Positions 58,034-64,000 of a stretch of 64,000 nt of DNA are shown here, piece after piece. The notes under the pieces were generated by a model. The model was not told the DNA's origin. It worked only from the letters and a program-made list of their open reading frames with translations, and searched no databases. Positions within the stretch are counted from its first letter, which is position 1, and every line of letters starts with the position of its first letter. The stretch is from Pseudomonadota bacterium (lineage in GTDB: Bacteria; Bdellovibrionota_B; Oligoflexia; Oligoflexales; CAIMVM01), in the NCBI GenBank assembly GCA_037142195.1, contig JBAXBA010000007.1, positions 10,232 through 74,231 of the forward strand, read 5' to 3'. The translations under genes and the position numbers were made by a program.

Positions 58034-58606
58034 GTGCATAGTCTTCAACTTTTACAATTGAGTGGAGTCAAGTTGAGATTTCTCTTTTCATTGACGGTTC
58101 TGTTAGCCTTGGCCGGCTGCGGTTCAAAGGAGTCCGTAATTGCGCGATTTGCGTTGGAGCCCGTCGGTATTCCAGAAAGCCAATTGGTTGATATTTCTGC
58201 CATTTTAGCAGAATTTAATGAACGTTTAGGATCGAACTTAGCCTCTCTGTGCTCTGAGGACTGCACCGGAGTCATGGAGCTTGTGAGCCCCAGAGAAGAT
58301 GGGATTGTAGGGCTTTGTGAGCCTAGCACTTATATTCGTTCAAAATCTCGATTTTCCATGAGCAAAGGATGGACTCGTCAAAGAAAGAGTGAGCTTCGAG
58401 CAGATATAAAAATTTCATCTGATTTAATGAATGAAGGGAACAAAGCTTTTTTGAGGACGATTATATTCCATGAGTTGGGACATGGCTTGCTCCTAGATCA
58501 CAGTTCCAATGAGCACGATGTGATGTTCGCAGTGGTAAATGGCGAAAAGGATTTTGATAGGTATTTTGAGCAAGTTCGATCGAAACTACAAGAAATCTCT
58601 CAGTAG
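58034..58606 (+). CDS. Matrixin-like zinc metalloprotease lipoprotein
   Basis: Lipobox LAGC; HELGHGLLLDH plus Met-turn VM. Confidence 0.82.
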   Translation: MHSLQLLQLSGVKLRFLFSLTVLLALAGCGSKESVIARFALEPVGIPESQLVDISAILAEFNERLGSNLASLCSEDCTGVMELVSPREDGIVGLCEPSTYIRSKSRFSMSKGWTRQRKSELRADIKISSDLMNEGNKAFLRTIIFHELGHGLLLDHSSNEHDVMFAVVNGEKDFDRYFEQVRSKLQEISQ

Positions 58607-58702
58607 TATCTCAAAGTTTTACAGGTTATCACCCATTGCAATCGCCATGATCGGGATTATAATTTTAGTATAGTAATCCTCGGTTTTTATTCTGGAGATG
58701 TC

Positions 58703-59434
58703 ATGGCTTTAGACTCGCGAAGCTACTTTATTACCTTAGATAATGATGCCATGATGAGCTCTCTTTTAGAGCGAGCTATTGGGAAGAAATCAATTTACTT
58801 TTCAAGCGCAAAAGATTTGGAAGCTCAAATGGTCGAGCTCGATCCAATAGCTGTTTTTGTCGATGTTCAATTAGGGTCCTATGAAAATGGCTTGGATATT
58901 ATTCCCAAGCTAAAAGAGCGATGGCCTTTTTCCCCGGTGATTGTCGTTACTGGCGATCGTCAAGATGACGCCGTCTCTAATGCACTTTCCAAGGGAGCTG
59001 ATGATTTTATTTTTAAGCCAGTCAATCCGAAGGAAGTAGTAGCTAGAATGCAAACCAGAATGGCTGATTTAGCGAAAAGGCAGACAGAGGAAGTTCATAC
59101 CATTGGCGATCTTATCGTCGATAGAGCCCATAGGAGTATTTTAAACTCTAATAAGCAACAAAGGTTTCTATCCCCTACTGAGATGGGTCTATTGAATTGT
59201 TTGCTATCGGCTCAAGGAACTGTTGTGCCAAGAGAGGTTATGAAGCGAAGGTGCTGGGGGCAAATATTTGTCAGTGATAATGCATTAAATCGAAAATTAC
59301 ATGAAGTGCGTCGGATTATTAAAGATCTTTCCACTCAAGTCAATATTCGCACCTTGTATGGGACTGGTTTTATGATTGAGGTCACCCCCCTAGGTGGCGA
59401 GGTCACTCCAGACGAGTTCCAAAAGTCTGCTTAG
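58703..59434 (+). CDS. OmpR-family response regulator (orphan)
   Basis: Receiver (FVDV, GADDFIFKP) plus winged-helix (LSPTE, RTLYGTGF). Confidence 0.9.
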   Translation: MALDSRSYFITLDNDAMMSSLLERAIGKKSIYFSSAKDLEAQMVELDPIAVFVDVQLGSYENGLDIIPKLKERWPFSPVIVVTGDRQDDAVSNALSKGADDFIFKPVNPKEVVARMQTRMADLAKRQTEEVHTIGDLIVDRAHRSILNSNKQQRFLSPTEMGLLNCLLSAQGTVVPREVMKRRCWGQIFVSDNALNRKLHEVRRIIKDLSTQVNIRTLYGTGFMIEVTPLGGEVTPDEFQKSA

Positions 59435-59920
59435 TTTTTCAGATCAAATGGCTAGAAATGAGAAATTTTAAAGCCTTTACAGCATTCCTTCACGTAAATA
59501 TATTAGAAGTTCTTAAATTACATGCCCAAGTAGACAACCTTCTGATCTATTCGGCAGTGTCTTTTTCCCAAGTGGCTTTAAGACTTCATGGGCATAAACC
59601 AGTCTCCAAGATAAAATGACCAGGACGTCTGGGTAAAATGACAAAAAGGATCCGATAGGCTCATCTAATATGCTGGTTTTGGTTCCATTATTGAGACCGT
59701 TTCCTGCACTGCCAAGTCCATCCACTAGATATCAAGACAGTGATAGTACTTTTCTAAAACCTTAAGGTTTTTTAAGTGATTTTATCACTCTTACGATCTT
59801 AGGAATCGTCTAGTTATTCGATATTTTCCGTTGTAGATAAACTTGGGAAGGTCTTCTTCCTGTCTGCCAGGCGAAAGAAAGGCATCTTTGGTGGTATAAT
59901 TGACTTCATCTTAAAAGAGA

Positions 59921-60514
59921 ATGGCAGGGGAGATTGGAATGTTTCATCGGCTTTGTCTAGCAAGTTGCCTACTAATCAGCTGTGTTCCTAAGGGTCGGAC
60001 ATCGGCGCCATCATCATCGAAGTTGATGGGAGATTGGCAAAGTATGTGTTTCGCGAGCAGCAAGTTAAATAGCTCCCATCTCGACCAATATGTTATCGAA
60101 AGCAAAAACATTACTTGGACTAAAATTGGTTATAAGAGCTCGAACTGCACAGGAGAAAAAGAATATCAATATCGGATTCTCATGTCCTATTTGGAGACAT
60201 CAGAATCCTTGACCGGGCTCAATCAGTATAAAATCGACTTCACCTATGGAAAGTCCTACTTTACTCCGTATAACGAAAGTGGAATTGAAATTGGAAAAGA
60301 CATTGATGCCAGCAAGACTTGGGAAGTGAATCATGAGCAAGAAATTGAAAACTCAAACTATAAAGTGGGAAAAGTGGACTACGATATAGCGGCCGTTAGT
60401 GCTGATTCCTTGTGCTTAGGAGAGCGGGACGACGCTCATGACAAATCTAGCGCAGAAAACAGGCCCGAACTTATCTCCAAATCCTGTCTCGCTAGAGTGG
60501 CTCCGCCTCAATGA
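59921..60514 (+). CDS. Hypothetical lipoprotein
   Basis: Lipobox LISC, L.G.W.S.C pattern. Confidence 0.65.
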   Translation: MAGEIGMFHRLCLASCLLISCVPKGRTSAPSSSKLMGDWQSMCFASSKLNSSHLDQYVIESKNITWTKIGYKSSNCTGEKEYQYRILMSYLETSESLTGLNQYKIDFTYGKSYFTPYNESGIEIGKDIDASKTWEVNHEQEIENSNYKVGKVDYDIAAVSADSLCLGERDDAHDKSSAENRPELISKSCLARVAPPQ

Positions 60515-60667
60515 AAGTACATAAGTTATCTTTATGATTGATGTTTCTATGGAAGGCCTCTGAGGCGTTACTTAGGCCCAAACGAATTGCACAGGTTTAA
60601 GCTAGTTAAACATTGACAAAATGTACTCAGAGGTTGATAGTGATATAACCTTTTTAACGAGTCACTC

Positions 60668-61195
60668 ATGATGAAGCGTATGTTTTGGGCAGCAACTTTT
60701 TTAGTCTCTTCCGTTGGATATTCGGTAGATTTGGGTGGTGTTAAAGGTTTTGAGCCAGAGAGGTATTTGGGTACTTGGTATCAAGTACAAAGTACGAATC
60801 CTTGGTTTCAAAGGGGTTGTAAATGCACTAAAGCTCAATATTCGGCCGGTTATAGTAATAAGATTGACGTGCTGAATACATGCTACTTGCCTAATGGCAC
60901 AACTAGGGATGTGGTGGGTACGGCAAAGATAAACAATCCAGATCTACCGAGCCAATTGACAGTCAAATTCTCGCGCTTTACTCCCGATTTCGTGAATTAT
61001 GTTGTGACTGAAGTAGGTCCCAACTATGAATATTCTGTAGTGGTTTCTCCGGGGAACTCACCGATTTGGATATTGTCACGAGAAAAAACCCTCGATCCTA
61101 GCATCATTGCTGGCATTAGGATGCGCCTCGTGCAGGCTGGTGTGAGAATTGGAGACCTTAAGGACTTCAATACTAATGACTGTCCCGGATTGTAG
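60668..61195 (+). CDS. Bacterial lipocalin (Blc-like)
   Basis: RYLGTWYQ, C..AQY, V.NTC, WILSR. Confidence 0.85.
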   Translation: MMKRMFWAATFLVSSVGYSVDLGGVKGFEPERYLGTWYQVQSTNPWFQRGCKCTKAQYSAGYSNKIDVLNTCYLPNGTTRDVVGTAKINNPDLPSQLTVKFSRFTPDFVNYVVTEVGPNYEYSVVVSPGNSPIWILSREKTLDPSIIAGIRMRLVQAGVRIGDLKDFNTNDCPGL

Positions 61196-61221
61196 AAGAA
61201 CAGAAATTAAAAAGGACATCG

Positions 61222-61252
61222 AAGACAGATAATTTCAAAAGCTATCTGTCTT
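61222..61252. terminator. Hairpin after the lipocalin gene
   Basis: aagacagata-N11-tatctgtctt inverted repeat. Confidence 0.45.
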
Positions 61253-61489
61253 TAACTTATCCTAAAAACGCACTTTTCCCCATGTCCCAATTTAATCACC
61301 ATAGCAATTCACCTTAGCTTTCAGGATCTATTGTAACTTGCAAAAAATTTCTGTATACCCAGGCCGCTTTCCTTCTTAAGAAAGACCCTAGCAATTAGGT
61401 TTGTGATCGAAATCTAATTAAGAATAAAATATCCAACTCTCAGACGAGATTTCCCCTAACAGCAGGACACAAAATTCTTTTCCTTTCTC

Positions 61490-63667
61490 CTACCGGCGCT
61501 TACCTTGCAGCATCTCTAGCGTTTTGAGAAGTTGCTCCGTTGCAGGCCCCTTTCCTTGAGTTGTCATTCCTAAGGGTTCCTTTTTTGTCATGGAATTTGG
61601 GCTTGTTTTGCCTATGGTAGCTCTTTCCACCATGGGTTTAAGTGTAGGGCTGCGTTCAGCCTGAGAAGGCGCAATTTGATCTACTGGCGGGATTTCTAAA
61701 ATTCGTCCTGCTCCCAATGCGTAAAGTTCTAGAGCGCGCTGTTCAGAATTTACAACAATTAAATGACAGACATGAGGCGATGGATTTTTGGTAAGTTCAC
61801 TAAGAGTATGAGCTTCTTGCTCTGAATCCTCCAAATGCCACACATTAAAGAATGCCCCATAGAATCCTAACGGCGCTAGAGAAGCTTCCTTTTGCATTTG
61901 GTCATACTTTTTGGTGAGATAATGAACGACACTTGTGAGTTCCAAGTGAGCCCCGATATCTTCGATCTTTACAACATCCAACCCTAATTTTGTAAATGAT
62001 TCATTCCAATCCAGGTCCAATTCGCTAAGCCTATCTCTCAGTCTAGAAAGTAGAATTTCATTGTTTATATTTTGGGTCTTTCGATCTCGTATCTCCAAAT
62101 CTTCTTTTTCGAATTTAGTTAGGTACCTCATATAGCCCTGGGCTTCGGCGATCATCATCGGCACATTATGGGGAACAGTTTGTTTTTGACTATGGGTGAG
62201 TTTTCTCCATTCATGTATCACTTCTACAAGTCTAGAAGCCGCCTTCTTTTTTACCGTCATGACGCGCTCTAGGGATTCGGCTTCGAAAGAAAGGGTCTTC
62301 AAACTATAGAAAGTTTCCATGGCCTTAGGAAACGATTCTAAGGTCAAACTCTCTGGGATGCCAGCTTCCTTGGTAAAAACCTGCCATTCTCCTTTAAGCT
62401 GATCTAAACGCAGAACATAGGCTTCATATAAGGAGTCTAGTGTCTCGCCAAACGCAAGAATTTTTTTAAGTCTCTCATCGTGTCGGTCTCGCATGGAATC
62501 AAGGCACTTGATTAGATTTTGGGTCTGCTCCGCTAGTTCGGACAATCCAGCCTCAGGTAGCTCAAAAGCCATTTCAGGTGGCTTAATGGCATCTTGGACC
62601 TTAAAACGGTCGAACCAAGTTAAAGATTTCTTTCGATCTTCTATCCTTACAGAAACAGAAGTTCCCGTCAGCATGAGCGCTAGTGACTTTTGGAGATTTG
62701 TGATCAATTCGTAATCTAGTTCTTTGAATTGAGTCCACTGTTCATTTAAAGGTTCGAAGGAACTTTGCAAATGGTTTGATAGTTCGATTTTCTTGTCGGC
62801 TAAAATCTTAACGACTCGCCTCGCCACTTGAATTCTGCCAAGTAGAGTAAAACCAGATTTCCAGTTTATCTCTCGTTGAGCAGTCGTAACCCACTCCGAG
62901 TCGACTCGCATGTCTGAGATTTGATCTTCGAGGATTTTACGACGTGCATGGATTTCCGAAACAGGAAGCCCGCTGCCCTCAAGTTCATTTAGGAGGGACT
63001 GCATTTCCTTTAAAAGCCCAACTTCTTGGCTTCTATCTTGAAACTTATTTTCTTCAATGTTTTCGACTTTGGCGATTTGGGAACGGATTTCCCAAATTCG
63101 TGGACTCAGGTCGTTAAGTCTTCTATCAAGAACGGCTATATTGGAAGGGGTCCACTTGGTCCCGAGGGCCTGATTTAGTTTTTGGCTAAGTCTCCTGATT
63201 TCTAATGCTACATCACGCACATCTTTTGTTGCCAGATGGTCTCGATGCTCCCGCCTAGCTAAATAGGCATCGTTTTCGTAGCTTACCCGGAAACTCTGAA
63301 AAAGCTCATGAAATTCGGCATTAGAGTTATTGATGACGTCCAAACCATCGCGAAGCTCAGCAAGAAGTGTCTCTCGGGCGATGGGGCGTCCATCTTTCTC
63401 GCAATTAACGCGATCGGGATTTCTGGTGATCTTATAGCTAGAACCTGCATCATCTGAAAGTTCTACGGTTACCCTCATGAGCCCAGCCATAGGCTGGTCA
63501 GTCAAAGCGCATGCCAAGGCTTTGACAAACCATTCTTGCTGGGTTTTTTGCTCACTTGAGGTGATCCAGGTGCGTCTAAGGTTGCCCCGACCGCCTGCAA
63601 ACCTAAATGATTCTGGTGCAATTCCTGAAGTTCGATGCCAATGAATAGCTGTTACGATCACGGTCAA
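61490..63667 (-). CDS. Long coiled-coil protein (possible degenerate SMC/YhaN-like)
   Basis: 725 aa, extended heptad-rich helices, no intact Walker A. Confidence 0.6.
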   Translation of the reverse strand: MTVIVTAIHWHRTSGIAPESFRFAGGRGNLRRTWITSSEQKTQQEWFVKALACALTDQPMAGLMRVTVELSDDAGSSYKITRNPDRVNCEKDGRPIARETLLAELRDGLDVINNSNAEFHELFQSFRVSYENDAYLARREHRDHLATKDVRDVALEIRRLSQKLNQALGTKWTPSNIAVLDRRLNDLSPRIWEIRSQIAKVENIEENKFQDRSQEVGLLKEMQSLLNELEGSGLPVSEIHARRKILEDQISDMRVDSEWVTTAQREINWKSGFTLLGRIQVARRVVKILADKKIELSNHLQSSFEPLNEQWTQFKELDYELITNLQKSLALMLTGTSVSVRIEDRKKSLTWFDRFKVQDAIKPPEMAFELPEAGLSELAEQTQNLIKCLDSMRDRHDERLKKILAFGETLDSLYEAYVLRLDQLKGEWQVFTKEAGIPESLTLESFPKAMETFYSLKTLSFEAESLERVMTVKKKAASRLVEVIHEWRKLTHSQKQTVPHNVPMMIAEAQGYMRYLTKFEKEDLEIRDRKTQNINNEILLSRLRDRLSELDLDWNESFTKLGLDVVKIEDIGAHLELTSVVHYLTKKYDQMQKEASLAPLGFYGAFFNVWHLEDSEQEAHTLSELTKNPSPHVCHLIVVNSEQRALELYALGAGRILEIPPVDQIAPSQAERSPTLKPMVERATIGKTSPNSMTKKEPLGMTTQGKGPATEQLLKTLEMLQGKRR

Positions 63668-64000
63668 CCTCTTTCCACTTTCGGCAAATAAAGAATTCTT
63701 ACTCTATTGTACAACGAAGCCTCATTTATTGGGTGTAGGTCATAAATTTTTAAGACTTAGGGGCATTCCAGCGAAAAAATGGGATTGTACCACCTAAAAA
63801 AAGTCAATTTTATTGATTTTATAGGCTTTTTCGCCGGCGGATAAGATCAGGCCACCTTGGTTCTGCCATATCGAGCTATCGATCAAATCCTTTGCGGCAA
63901 CACTTGATTCTTATTTAACTCAATGAAAAGTGGCAGTTTTTGGTGTTTCTTTTGAATTAAACAAAAATCTAGACCTCAGAATTTCTTGTCTTCTTTCAGG

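Overview
The window is most likely from a Bdellovibrionota/Oligoflexia-like chromosome; this is inferred from gene content (TIGR04552 protein, GltF-like protein, many exported lipoproteins). The left ~36 kb is an integrative element running off the left edge. It encodes a large serine recombinase (missed by the ORF track), a MOBC/Replic_Relax-type relaxase, an FtsK-type coupling ATPase and a compact VirB-like T4SS with no visible VirB11, VirB1 or VirD4. The transfer operon starts with several tiny ORFs behind a sigma54-like promoter and GAGTCTCA boxes. The element carries its own five-gene sigma54 signalling operon (lipocalin, periplasmic binding protein, histidine kinase, cytidine deaminase-like enzyme, NtrC-type activator), with the same box upstream. 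Cargo includes a decayed IS1634 plus a derived miniature element flanking a one-Cys DksA, a type I R-M system with PrrC, DUF4209 (HEPN-like), LPO_1073-like, DUF4160/DUF2442 and Fic genes, and a circularly permuted ~200 bp repeat pair near the right end. The right ~28 kb looks like host backbone: lon-iscS, ndh, two-component genes and many secreted enzymes. The best candidate novel system is a hybrid conjugative element whose transfer is controlled by its own sigma54 small-molecule-sensing circuit. All family assignments come from motif recognition by eye; no searches were run.
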